DNA of 64,000 nucleotides. It comes from Planctomycetota bacterium. Its GTDB lineage: Bacteria > Planctomycetota > UBA1135 > UBA2386. Numbering within the stretch: the stretch's first letter is position 1; every line of letters starts with the position of its first letter. The translations under genes were made by a program, and so were the position numbers. The stretch spans positions 1,664,001 to 1,728,000 of the forward strand of contig OZ245838.1 of NCBI GenBank assembly GCA_965228735.1, written 5' to 3'. The notes under the pieces are model-generated. The model was not told the DNA's origin and made no database searches. It saw nothing but the letters and a program-made list of their open reading frames with translations. This document shows positions 26,514-36,456 of the stretch, piece after piece.

Positions 26514-29087
26514 GTGCGCCTCACCGTCGAGACCGGCCCGCTGGCCGGCACCGTTGTCGCCCTCGATCGCGACCAACCCACCACCCTCGGTAGCGGCCCC
26601 GACTGCGGGCTGCGCGTCCAGGAGGCCGGCGTGCAGCCCGAGCACGCGGTCGTCAAGGCGCTGCGCACCGAGGGCTTCGGCCTCAAGGCGCTCGCGCCCG
26701 GCGTCCGCGTCAACGGCGAGCAGATCGAAGCCACGCCGCTGAACGACGGCGACGTCATCCAAATCGGCACGACCCGCATCGCGTTCGGCGAGACCCAGAA
26801 GCAGGGTCTGCCGACGATCTCCGGCTACCGCATCCACGAGGAGCTCGGGCGCGGCGGCATGGGCGTTGTCTACAGCGCGGAGCAGGTCTCGCTGCACCGC
26901 CAGGTCGCGCTCAAGGTGCTGAGTCACGAGCTGACCGAGGACGGCAAGTTCGTCAGCAACTTCGTCGCCGAGGCGCAGGCCGCCGCCAAGCTGCAGCACC
27001 CCAACGTGGTGTCGGTGTTCGACGTCGAGCACGACGGCGACACCTACTACTACGCGATGGAGCTGATGCAGAACGGCTCCTGCGAGGACTGGCTCAAGCA
27101 GAACGGCGCGATGCCCGTCGACCGGGCGTTGCAGGTCATCGCCGATGCGGCCGCCGGCCTCGCGTACGCGGAGTCGCTCGGGATCGTACACCGCGACATC
27201 AAGCCCGACAACCTGATGCTCGACCAGCACGGCGTCGTGAAGATCGCCGACCTCGGGCTCGCGGGGGCCGACGCGGAGAGCGAGGAGCGCGCAGTCGGCA
27301 CGCCGCACTTCATGGCGCCGGAGCAGGTGCTGCGCAGGGGCATCGATCACCGCGCCGACATCTACGCGCTGGGCTGCACGTTCTACCGGCTCGTGACCGG
27401 TCGCACGCCGTTCCGCGGCCAGACCGTCAAGGACATCCTGCGCGCGCAGGTCAAGGACGACCCGGAGCCCGCGCACAAGGTCAACAACAAGGTCCCCGCG
27501 GAGGTCGCGACCGTCATCCAGCGGATGATGCAGAAGGACCCGCTCGATCGCTTCCAGACGGCCAACGAGCTGCTCGAGGAGGTCGAGATCCTGCTGCGGC
27601 CGCCGGTGAAGAAGGGGCTGTGGATCGCGCTCGCGGCGATCGCGGTGATCGCGGGCGGCTCCGCGATCTACTGGGGCGCGACGAAGAAGGGCGAGACCGT
27701 CACGGAGAAGGTCTACTACGACGATCCCGAGAAGCAGCGCTTCGCGGACGAGAACGTCGCGCTCAAGAGGCAAGCCAAGGAGGACAAGGCCACGATCGCG
27801 CTGCTCGAGGTGCGCGTATCCGGCCTCGAGGACGAGCCGCTCGCCCAGGCGTTCGACAAGGTCGCACGTGAGCACGGCGACACCGCTGCGGCGGGCGAGG
27901 CCCGACAGCGCGCGCAACGGGTCCGCACCGAGGTCGCGACGCGGCAGCAGCGCGAGCAGGCGAGGAAGCAGGCCGTCTCCGACTACGTCGCCGAGCTCGA
28001 GAAGAACATCGCACCGCAGCTGGTGGCGCACGACTACGCGCTCGCCCTCGCGAGCATCAACGGCGCGCCGCCCGCGACGATCGCGGACGAGCCCGAGCTC
28101 GAGCAGATGCTCGGAGCGCTGCGCGAGCGGGTCATCACCGCCGCCGGCAACCGCCTCGACGAGCTCGCCGGCGCCGTGACGACCGCGATCAACGGCGGCG
28201 AACGTGAGCCGCTGGAGACCGCGACGACCACGCTCGCCGACAACCTGGCGGCGCGCCTGCGCTGGCCCGAGGCCCTGCACCCGCGACTCGACACGCTCGC
28301 GCAGACGGTGACCGCGGGCAAGGAGGCCATCACGCTGCTGCAACGCGCGCGTCGCGCCGGCCTGTGGGACGCCTACGAGGCGCTGTTCAAGCAGAACGGC
28401 GCGGCGACCGCGGCGCTGGCCAAGGGCGCGTTCGACGCGGCCGCCACCGCGATCGACGCGTTCGCGGCGACGGTGCCGAACGAACCGCCTGGCGTCCACG
28501 CCGCCGGGATCAGCGCCGCCGTCCGCCGCGCGGGCAGCTTCCAGCAGCGGCTCGTGGCGGCCGCCGCCAACGGTCAGCTCCAGCTGACGATCGGCGACGA
28601 CACGCTGACGAGCAAGAGCTGGGACCCGCCCACCGGCAAGTTCATGTTCACCGACGCGAAGAACCGCTCGACGCGGCAACGCGAGGTCGCGGCCAGCAGC
28701 CTCTCGGTGAACGACTGGTTCGAGCTGTCGTCCCAGGTCGACGGGATCGACCATGACCGCGCGTGCTTCCGCACGTTCGTGCTGCTGCGGCATCACGCCA
28801 TCGCGGCAACGCGTTACCTCGGCACCGTGGAGGCGGCCAACGACGACTCGGGTACGGCCGCGGACGCCTACCAGCTCGCGCCCGACCGCTTCGAGCTGCT
28901 GCGCCGCAACATCGAGGACGTCGACGAGCCGTGGGCGAACGCGCTCCGCACCGAGCTGCTCGCCGGGCAGCAGCTCGCGGCGGGTCTGCGGGCGTTCTCC
29001 GAACGCCGCAACACGGCCGCCGCGGGCTACCTCGACAAGCTGCTCGGGGAGCACACGCACAGCTACGTCGTGATGGTCCTGCCGTAG
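26514..29087 (+). CDS. FHA-domain Ser/Thr protein kinase with TM segment and large helical C-terminus
   Basis: GRGGMGVVY, VALK, HRDIKPDN, DLG, GTPHFMAPE; TM segment GLWIALAAIAVIAGG. Confidence 0.93.
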   Translation: MRLTVETGPLAGTVVALDRDQPTTLGSGPDCGLRVQEAGVQPEHAVVKALRTEGFGLKALAPGVRVNGEQIEATPLNDGDVIQIGTTRIAFGETQKQGLPTISGYRIHEELGRGGMGVVYSAEQVSLHRQVALKVLSHELTEDGKFVSNFVAEAQAAAKLQHPNVVSVFDVEHDGDTYYYAMELMQNGSCEDWLKQNGAMPVDRALQVIADAAAGLAYAESLGIVHRDIKPDNLMLDQHGVVKIADLGLAGADAESEERAVGTPHFMAPEQVLRRGIDHRADIYALGCTFYRLVTGRTPFRGQTVKDILRAQVKDDPEPAHKVNNKVPAEVATVIQRMMQKDPLDRFQTANELLEEVEILLRPPVKKGLWIALAAIAVIAGGSAIYWGATKKGETVTEKVYYDDPEKQRFADENVALKRQAKEDKATIALLEVRVSGLEDEPLAQAFDKVAREHGDTAAAGEARQRAQRVRTEVATRQQREQARKQAVSDYVAELEKNIAPQLVAHDYALALASINGAPPATIADEPELEQMLGALRERVITAAGNRLDELAGAVTTAINGGEREPLETATTTLADNLAARLRWPEALHPRLDTLAQTVTAGKEAITLLQRARRAGLWDAYEALFKQNGAATAALAKGAFDAAATAIDAFAATVPNEPPGVHAAGISAAVRRAGSFQQRLVAAAANGQLQLTIGDDTLTSKSWDPPTGKFMFTDAKNRSTRQREVAASSLSVNDWFELSSQVDGIDHDRACFRTFVLLRHHAIAATRYLGTVEAANDDSGTAADAYQLAPDRFELLRRNIEDVDEPWANALRTELLAGQQLAAGLRAFSERRNTAAAGYLDKLLGEHTHSYVVMVLP

Positions 29088-29227
29088 GCGGACCGGCCGC
29101 CTCGTTCGGACCCGGCGAACGCCACCGTCGAGCGCCGCGTCGTGCAGCTACCGTCGGGGGCCGCGGCGAGGGCTGGCGGGCCGAACATGCCGCGTGCATC
29201 GGGCTCCGGTCCGGCTACCCTAGAACC

Positions 29228-30064
29228 ATGCCCGCTCCCGCGCAGACCCACCGCGCGCTCGCCCGCGACCTTGCGAAGCACGCCCAGGATCGCACGCCGC
29301 TGCGGCCCAATATCGCGATGCTGCTCGGCTCCGGCCACGCGTCGATCGCGAACCAGCTCAAGGACAAGGTCGCGGTCCATCCGAACGACGTCGCATCGGA
29401 CGACAACAAGCAGGCCAAACAGACGCCGATCCTGATCGGTGAGCTCGAGGGCGTTGCGGTCGCCGTCGCCGACGCCCCGCTCGGCGGCTACGAAGGGCTC
29501 GCGGCGCACGACCTCGCGATGCCGGTGCGACTGCTGCGCGCGCTCGGCCCCGACCTGCTCATCATCACGGCGGGCGCCGCGAGCCTGAGCCGGCAGATCG
29601 AACCGGGCGCGATCGCCGTCATCGAGGACCACATCAACCTCTCCGGTCTGCATCCGCTCATCGGGCCGAACGACGACCTGCTCGGGCCGCGCTTCCCCGA
29701 CATGAGCGAGCCGTACGCGCGCGACTGGCTCGCACTCGCCCGCGAGACCGCGCAGCGCGCCGGCATCCCGTGCCAGCCCGGCATCTTCGCCGCGGTGTCG
29801 GGACCGACGCTGCCGACGCGCGCCGAGTACCGGTTCTTGCGCAACGCCGGCGCCGACCTCGTCGGCATGTCGCTCGTGCCCGAGGCGATCGCGGCGGTGC
29901 ACGCGGGCTTCGACGTGCTCGGCCTCGTCGGGGTCACGCAGCAGCTGCTCGCGGGCGACTCCACGCGCGTTTCCATCGAGGCGATGATCGACGCCGCGGA
30001 TCTCGCCGGCCCCCGCATGGCGTCGCTGCTCGTCGGCATCGTCGCCGGGACGGTCGACGAGTAA
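29228..30064 (+). CDS. purine-nucleoside phosphorylase (trimeric family) homologue with degenerate active site
   Basis: LGSG, DHINLSG, GPRFPDMSEPY and GADLVGMS are retained, while catalytic residues are substituted. Confidence 0.85.
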   Translation: MPAPAQTHRALARDLAKHAQDRTPLRPNIAMLLGSGHASIANQLKDKVAVHPNDVASDDNKQAKQTPILIGELEGVAVAVADAPLGGYEGLAAHDLAMPVRLLRALGPDLLIITAGAASLSRQIEPGAIAVIEDHINLSGLHPLIGPNDDLLGPRFPDMSEPYARDWLALARETAQRAGIPCQPGIFAAVSGPTLPTRAEYRFLRNAGADLVGMSLVPEAIAAVHAGFDVLGLVGVTQQLLAGDSTRVSIEAMIDAADLAGPRMASLLVGIVAGTVDE

Positions 30065-30663
30065 TGAGCGCTCCCGCGCGCCAGAACACGCGACCACGCC
30101 TCGCCGTGCTGCTCAGCGGCACGGGCCGAACGTTGCAGAATCTCTGCGATCGCATCGCCGACGGCCGCCTCCGCGCTGCGATCGCCGGCGTCGCGAGCGA
30201 CCGCGCCGACGCGTTCGGCCTGCAGCGCGCGATGGAGCACGGGCTCGAGACGCGCGTGCTCAGCGAACCCTCCGCCGTGTGGTCGTGGCTGCTCGAACTC
30301 GACGTCGACCTCGTCATCCTCGCGGGCTACGTCAAGCTGCTGCCGATCCTGCCGGAGTTCGACGGCCGCGTGCTCAACATCCACCCGTCCTTGCTGCCGA
30401 AGCACGGCGGCCGCGGGATGTACGGCGAACACGTGCACGCCGCGGTGATCGCGGCCGGCGACACCGAGAGCGGCTGCACGGTGCATCTCTGCGACGGCGA
30501 GTACGACAACGGCCGCGTGCTCATGCAGGCGCGGGTGCCGGTCATCGCCGGCGACACCGCATCGGCGCTCGCGGCCCGGGTGCTCGCGGCCGAGTTCGAG
30601 CTCTACCCCGCCGCGATCACGATGCGATGGCGCGAGATCGAGGCCGAGCAGACCGCGAGCTGA
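30064..30663 (+). CDS. purN: phosphoribosylglycinamide formyltransferase
   Basis: LLSGTGRTLQ, LAGYVK, LNIHPSLLP, SGCTVH, YDNG. Confidence 0.95.
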   Translation: MSAPARQNTRPRLAVLLSGTGRTLQNLCDRIADGRLRAAIAGVASDRADAFGLQRAMEHGLETRVLSEPSAVWSWLLELDVDLVILAGYVKLLPILPEFDGRVLNIHPSLLPKHGGRGMYGEHVHAAVIAAGDTESGCTVHLCDGEYDNGRVLMQARVPVIAGDTASALAARVLAAEFELYPAAITMRWREIEAEQTAS

Positions 30664-30869
30664 GCGCGGCGCGCGTTGCGCGCGTCCGGCCGCGGGTCGG
30701 ATGGCTGGCGGCCGACCGCAACCGCGCTGGCAGGAGACTTGCCGTTCGGCCGCGCCGGCGGCCACGCTCCGTTCGGGGACCTCGCGCATCCGGACGCTCC
30801 GAGCTACCGTGCTGCGCCCGAATGGCAGCTGCCGCCTTCGCCCCGGCGCACGGCCCGACCATCACAGCC

Positions 30870-32855
30870 ATGCTTCGACACACCCTCGCCGTGAGCCTCG
30901 CGCTCGCCGCCACCGCCGTCACCCAGTCGCCGATCGCGATGCCGGCGTTCCAATCCACGTTCACGGCTCAGGTCACGCGCGGCTTCTGGTTCCGGGCCCC
31001 GGTCGATTGCGTGATCACCGGTCTCCTAGCTCCGAACGAAGGCGCCCGGCCGTTCCAGGTCCTCGCGGTCATCGACTTCGGCACGAACGCACCGGGCCAG
31101 TTCCCGGCGACGACGAGCGGCAACGTGCTGTTCTACGACAACGCCACCCCGGCCGGCACGCGGATCCCGACGCAGGTCACGTTGACGAACGGTCGGCACT
31201 ATGGCGTCTTCGGCGCCTGCAATGACGCGCAGGGATCAGTGACGACATCCAGCAGCTACGGCGCGCCGGGGCCGTTCACGACGAGCATCCTCGGCAACCC
31301 GACGGTGCTGAGCCGGCTCGGCACGCAGGTCGGCATCGCCGCCAGTCCGATCGCCATCAACAACCCGAGCTGGAACTGCTGGGACGAACCGGCGCTGAGC
31401 CTCGGGCGCGTGTTGGTCGACATCGCACCGGCGACCGGCGCGTTCGCGAACTTCAGCGCCGACGTCCAGCAGGGCCAAAGTCCGCTGACGGTGAACTTCA
31501 CGGACCAGAGCTTCACGAGCGCGCCCGGCGGGATCACGAGCTGGGCCTGGGACTTCGACAACGACGGCACGATCGACTCGTCGCTACGGAACCCGACGCA
31601 CACCTACCAGAGCTGCGGCACGTTCGACGTCGCGCTCACGGTCTCGGACGGGGTGAACCCGCCGAGCACGACGACCGAGTCCGGATTCATCACGACCGAT
31701 GTCACGACCGCCGGCTTCGACGATGCGCGCGTCGCGGTCAACGTCGTGCAGTTCACCGACACGTCGTCGGGCAACCCGACGGACTGGGCGTGGGACTTCG
31801 ACAACGACGGCACGGTCGACTCGACGCTGCAGAACCCGGCGTTCGCGTATCCGACCGCGGGCAGCTACATCGTGACCCTCACGGTGCGGCGGCTGTGCGG
31901 ACCGACCGACTCGATCACGAAGACGGTCCGCACGGGACTGTGCCTCGAGACCACGTTCGCGAGCGACAACAACGGCGCCGACGGCTGGACCCAGCTGTTC
32001 GACATGGACGTGCTGAACGCGGACGGGATCGAGATCACGAGCCTCGACGTCCACAGCAGCGCCAACGTGGGCACGGCGTTCGCCGTCGACCTCTATCTCA
32101 CGAGCGGGACCTACGCCGGCAACGCGCAGACGGGGTTCCGCTGGACGTGGCTCTCTACGTTCACCGGCACGAGCGCCGGTCTCGGGACGCCATCGCGCGC
32201 GACGCCGCCGGCATCGATCTACGTCGCCGAGGGCGACTACGGGGTCGCGCTGCACTATCGGGGCACACCCTTCGAATACACGAACGGCAACGGCAGCAAC
32301 CAGAACTACGCCAACGCGGACCTCGCGCTCGCCCTCGGGATCACGCGCGGCACGACGCTCGGCGCGCCGTTCGGTCCAGGCGCCGCGTTCAGCCCGCGCG
32401 TCTGGAACGGCGCGATCTGCTACGACAAGTGCTCGTTCAGCGGCACCGCGGGTTTCGGCTTTGCTGGCGCAGGCTGTCCCGGCACGCTCGGCGTTCCGCG
32501 GCTCACGGCGACGAGCAACCCGATCGTCGGCTCGACGCTCGACCTCACCGTCGACCGACTGCCGCAGAACGTCGCGCTCATGATCCTCGGGCTCGACAAC
32601 GACACGTGGGCCGGCGGCGCGCTGCCCGTCGAGGGCACGCCGATCGGCGCCCCCGGCTGCTGGCTGCGCGTGAGCGACGACGTGACGCAGCTGCTGTTCG
32701 GCAGCGGGAACGCCGCGAGCTGGTCGCTGCCGATTCCGAACACGCCGGCGCTCGTGTGCTTCACGTTCTTCCAGCAGGCCATCGTGCTCGATTCGGCGGC
32801 GAACCCCGCGGGCACCGTCAACTCGAACTCGGCGGCCGCGACGGTCGGCAACTGA
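30870..32855 (+). CDS. secreted PKD-domain protein
   Basis: Two PKD repeats (FTDQS..SWAWDFDNDG; FTDTS..DWAWDFDNDG), signal peptide, shared C-terminal domain. Confidence 0.87.
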   Translation: MLRHTLAVSLALAATAVTQSPIAMPAFQSTFTAQVTRGFWFRAPVDCVITGLLAPNEGARPFQVLAVIDFGTNAPGQFPATTSGNVLFYDNATPAGTRIPTQVTLTNGRHYGVFGACNDAQGSVTTSSSYGAPGPFTTSILGNPTVLSRLGTQVGIAASPIAINNPSWNCWDEPALSLGRVLVDIAPATGAFANFSADVQQGQSPLTVNFTDQSFTSAPGGITSWAWDFDNDGTIDSSLRNPTHTYQSCGTFDVALTVSDGVNPPSTTTESGFITTDVTTAGFDDARVAVNVVQFTDTSSGNPTDWAWDFDNDGTVDSTLQNPAFAYPTAGSYIVTLTVRRLCGPTDSITKTVRTGLCLETTFASDNNGADGWTQLFDMDVLNADGIEITSLDVHSSANVGTAFAVDLYLTSGTYAGNAQTGFRWTWLSTFTGTSAGLGTPSRATPPASIYVAEGDYGVALHYRGTPFEYTNGNGSNQNYANADLALALGITRGTTLGAPFGPGAAFSPRVWNGAICYDKCSFSGTAGFGFAGAGCPGTLGVPRLTATSNPIVGSTLDLTVDRLPQNVALMILGLDNDTWAGGALPVEGTPIGAPGCWLRVSDDVTQLLFGSGNAASWSLPIPNTPALVCFTFFQQAIVLDSAANPAGTVNSNSAAATVGN

Positions 32856-32864
32856 ACGCCGACC

Positions 32865-33845
32865 TCAGCGTCGGCGAGAACGCGCGAGGTGGCGGCGGAC
32901 GCCCTCGTCGAGCGCAGCACCGATCAGGATCACGCCGCCGACGATCGCGAACTCGAGCTGGTTGCTATCGGCGACGAGGTTGATCGCGTTCGACAGCAGC
33001 TGCATGAGCGAGGCGCCGAGCACGATGCCGAGCACCTGCCCCTCGCCGCCCCGCAGCGCCGTGCCGCCGAGGACCGCCCCGGCGATCGCGTAGAGCTCGT
33101 AGAAGTTGCCGAAGCTCGCTGCCTGGGCCGAGTTCACATCGAGCACGAACAGACAGCCGCCGAGGCCGGCCAGCAGGGAGCACGCGACGTATGCCAGCAT
33201 CGTGAGCCGTCCCGTGGGCACGCCCGCGAGCCGCGCGGCCTCGACGTTGTGACCGAGCGCGAACAGATGGCGGCCGGCGACCGTGCGATGCCAGATCACC
33301 GCGGTGACCGCGGCGGCGACCGCGAGCACGAGGAGCGGCACCGGGAGGCCGAACCCGGGCAACAGCGGGATGCGACCGGTCGCGAGCCAGCGCAGGCTCT
33401 CGCCCGTGTCGCCGAACCCCATCGTCTGATCCGCGGTGAAGTCGCGCATGATGCCGCGGTAGAGCAGCAGGCCGCAGAGCGTGACGACGAACGGCTGCAG
33501 GCGCAGCTTCACGACGCAGAACCCGTGGAACAGACCGATCCCGGCCGTGATCAGGAGCACGAGCCCGAGCCCGACCACGCCGGGCAACTGCAGGTCGCGC
33601 AGCGTCCACGGCAGCAGGCACCCCGCGACACAGACGACGGAGCCGATCGACAGGTCGATGCCGCCCGTCACGATGACGAACGCGGCGGCCAGGCTCAGCA
33701 CGCCGAACATGCCGACGCGCGAAGCCAGGTTCTCGAGGTTGTAGCCCGACAGGAACGACGAGTGCCCATCGGAATCGATCGTCAGCAACCACGTCGCGAA
33801 CGCGATCGCGAAGATGAGCACCGCGAGTCCGAGGATCTTCTTCAT
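32865..33845 (-). CDS. sugar ABC transporter permease (RbsC-like)
   Basis: GGIDLSIGS, PFVVTL, ELYAIAGAVLGGT. Confidence 0.92.
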   Translation of the reverse strand: MKKILGLAVLIFAIAFATWLLTIDSDGHSSFLSGYNLENLASRVGMFGVLSLAAAFVIVTGGIDLSIGSVVCVAGCLLPWTLRDLQLPGVVGLGLVLLITAGIGLFHGFCVVKLRLQPFVVTLCGLLLYRGIMRDFTADQTMGFGDTGESLRWLATGRIPLLPGFGLPVPLLVLAVAAAVTAVIWHRTVAGRHLFALGHNVEAARLAGVPTGRLTMLAYVACSLLAGLGGCLFVLDVNSAQAASFGNFYELYAIAGAVLGGTALRGGEGQVLGIVLGASLMQLLSNAINLVADSNQLEFAIVGGVILIGAALDEGVRRHLARSRRR

Positions 33846-35380
33846 GCCGTCGCCGCTCCGCCGCCGACCGCGAGTCGCATGACCGCTTCCTCCGTGAGTT
33901 CGCCCTGCGCGAGTTCGCCGCTGATCGCGCCCTCGTGCATGACGAGGACCCGATCCGCGAGCGTCAGCACCTCTTCCATCTCCGAGCTCACGAACAGCAC
34001 CGCGAGACCCGAATCAGCGAGATCCCGACCGGCGAGGTCGTGCAGCCGGGCGTGGATCTCGGCGCGCGCGCCGATGTCGACGCCGCGGGTCGGCTCGTCG
34101 AGCAGGACGACGCGCGGCTTGGCGGCGAGCCACTTGCCGAGCACGACCTTCTGTTGGTTGCCGCCGGACAGCGTACCGGCGACCTGCGCACCGCCCGCGG
34201 TCGCGATGCCGAGATCGGCGATCGCGCCGGCAGTGAGCTCGCGTTCGTAGCGCCGATCGAGCCACGCGCCGCGGCCCCCGAGCGTCGGCAGCGACAGGTT
34301 GTGCATGACCGTCATCTCCAGCACGAGCCCCTGCGACTTGCGGTCCTCGGGCGCGAGCACGAGCCCCGCTGCGATCGCCGCCGCGGGCGTATGGCCCGGC
34401 GCGAGGCGAACGCCAGCGACCTCGATCTCACCGGCGAGCGCGCGATCGGCCCCGAACACCGCCCGCAACACCTCGCTCCGACCCGCGCCGAGCAGCCCGG
34501 CGATGCCGACGATCTCACCGCGCCTGAGCTCGAAGTCGACCGCGACGTCCGGATACGCAGCGGTCACGAGCCCGCGGACGGACAACGCGACCTCGCCGCT
34601 CTGGTGCGGCACACGATCGGTCCGCGCGACGTCGCGCCCGACCATCATCGCGACCATGCGATCGTGCGTCGCCTCGGTGCCGTCGCACGCGCCGCTGTTC
34701 TGCCCGTCCCGCAGCGCGACGACCCGGTCGGCGATCCGCTCGACCTCGCCGAGCCGATGGCTGATGTAGATGATCGCGACGCCGGCGCTCCGCAGCTCGT
34801 CGACGACCTCGAGCAACCGCTCCGTCTCCACCTGGGTGAGGCTCGACGTCGGCTCGTCCATGATGAGCACGCGCGCCTGCGCGCGCAGCGCTCGCGCGAT
34901 CTCGAGCAACTGCTGCTGACCGGGCGCCAGGGTCGCGACGAGTCGGTCCGGCTCGACGTCGAGACCGAGGCGCGCGAGCACGGTGCGGGCGCGCGCTGCC
35001 ATCTCGCGTTCGCGCAGGAAGGGGCCGCGCCGCAGCTCGTCACCGAGGAACAACGCGCCGGCGACCGTCAGGTTCTCGCACAGGCAGAGCTCCTGGTGGA
35101 TCAACGCGATGCCGCGACCGAGCGCGTCGGCCGGACCGTCGAACGTGACGGGCGCGCCATCGACGCGCACCTCGCCCGCGTCCGGCAGGTGCACCCCGGC
35201 GAGCACCTTCATCAGTGTGCTCTTGCCGGCTCCGTTCTCGCCGATCAGGGCGACGACCTCGCCACCGTGCAGCTGCAGGTCGACGTCCTGCAGCGCGACG
35301 ACGCCGGGGAACGACTTGCCGATCCCCCGCACCTCCAGAACGGGGGCTGCTCCGGGGTCCGCACCGGCCGGGCGACTCAC
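33842..35380 (-). CDS. sugar ABC transporter ATP-binding protein (RbsA-like)
   Basis: GENGAGKST, IMDEPT, LSGGNQQK, DEPTRGVDIGA. Confidence 0.95.
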   Translation of the reverse strand: MSRPAGADPGAAPVLEVRGIGKSFPGVVALQDVDLQLHGGEVVALIGENGAGKSTLMKVLAGVHLPDAGEVRVDGAPVTFDGPADALGRGIALIHQELCLCENLTVAGALFLGDELRRGPFLREREMAARARTVLARLGLDVEPDRLVATLAPGQQQLLEIARALRAQARVLIMDEPTSSLTQVETERLLEVVDELRSAGVAIIYISHRLGEVERIADRVVALRDGQNSGACDGTEATHDRMVAMMVGRDVARTDRVPHQSGEVALSVRGLVTAAYPDVAVDFELRRGEIVGIAGLLGAGRSEVLRAVFGADRALAGEIEVAGVRLAPGHTPAAAIAAGLVLAPEDRKSQGLVLEMTVMHNLSLPTLGGRGAWLDRRYERELTAGAIADLGIATAGGAQVAGTLSGGNQQKVVLGKWLAAKPRVVLLDEPTRGVDIGARAEIHARLHDLAGRDLADSGLAVLFVSSEMEEVLTLADRVLVMHEGAISGELAQGELTEEAVMRLAVGGGAATA

Positions 35381-36456
35381 TGCTTGCCGGTCTTCTGCTT
35401 GAGGTCGTCCCAGAACTCGCGCACGTTCACTGCTGTGATCTTGCGCGCCGGAATGTCCTGGAAGCCGCCCTCGGGCAGCAGCGCCTGCCGCGCCGCCTCG
35501 TCCTTGGCGCGCACGAGGTCCGCGAGCAGTTTCACCGACTGGCGGCCGTACTCGTACGGGTTCTGCACGATCGTGCCCTCGATGTGCCCGTCGACGATGC
35601 CCTGCAGGGTCGCGTCGTTCTCGTCGAAGCCGACGATCTTGACCTCACCGAGCCGGTTCGCGGACTTCACCGCTTCGAAGATCGCCGGCGGTTCGTACTC
35701 GAACAGACCGACGAAGCAGTTCACGTCGGGCCAGCGCACGAGCGAGTCCTGCGTGCTCGCCTTGCACTTCTGCGGCTGACTCTCCGTCGTGAACGTCGCC
35801 CGGATCTCGTACTTGTCGTTGGCGAGCTTGGCGTTCTGCGGGTCGAAGCGCGTCGGGTCGTGCGGTCGATCGAGCAGCTCGTCGATGAGGCCCTGACGTC
35901 GACCCTTCGCGTTGTCCTGATCGAGCGTGCCGACCATGATCACGATCCTGCCGCCGCCCGGCAGCGCCTGCTTGACGAGCTGACCGCACATGCGACCGGC
36001 GTCGTAGTTGGCCATGCCGACGTACGCGAGCCGCTGGCTCGCCGGCGCATCCGAGTCGTGCGTGATCAGCAGCGTGCGGGCCGCGATCTTGTCGAGCAGT
36101 CCCGTCATGTTGGCCGCGTCGCGCGGGCTCACGGCGATGCCGTCGACGCCCTTCGCGACGAGGTCCTCGAGGATGCGCTTCTGCTGTTCGACCTGGCCGC
36201 CCGCCGGCACGTGGAACGTCGTCGCGACGTCGCACTCCGCGGCGGCCGCCTTGACGCCGTGCTCGGCGATCGTCCAGAACTCGGCCGGCATGTTGACGAC
36301 GAACGCGAGCCGCGGCTTGCCGGCCGCACCACCGCCGCCGCTCTCCGAGCCGTCACCACCACAGCCCGGCAGCAAGAGCAGCAGGGTCACGACCAACAAC
36401 GGACCGAACAACGATCGCCGCGCGCTGGCGCGATCCCGATTCCCGGATCCTGCCAT
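35377..36456 (-). CDS. sugar ABC transporter substrate-binding lipoprotein
   Basis: Lipobox LPGC, GVDGIAVSP, HDSDAP, IVGFD, QNPYEYG. Confidence 0.9.
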   Translation of the reverse strand: MAGSGNRDRASARRSLFGPLLVVTLLLLLPGCGGDGSESGGGGAAGKPRLAFVVNMPAEFWTIAEHGVKAAAAECDVATTFHVPAGGQVEQQKRILEDLVAKGVDGIAVSPRDAANMTGLLDKIAARTLLITHDSDAPASQRLAYVGMANYDAGRMCGQLVKQALPGGGRIVIMVGTLDQDNAKGRRQGLIDELLDRPHDPTRFDPQNAKLANDKYEIRATFTTESQPQKCKASTQDSLVRWPDVNCFVGLFEYEPPAIFEAVKSANRLGEVKIVGFDENDATLQGIVDGHIEGTIVQNPYEYGRQSVKLLADLVRAKDEAARQALLPEGGFQDIPARKITAVNVREFWDDLKQKTGKQ

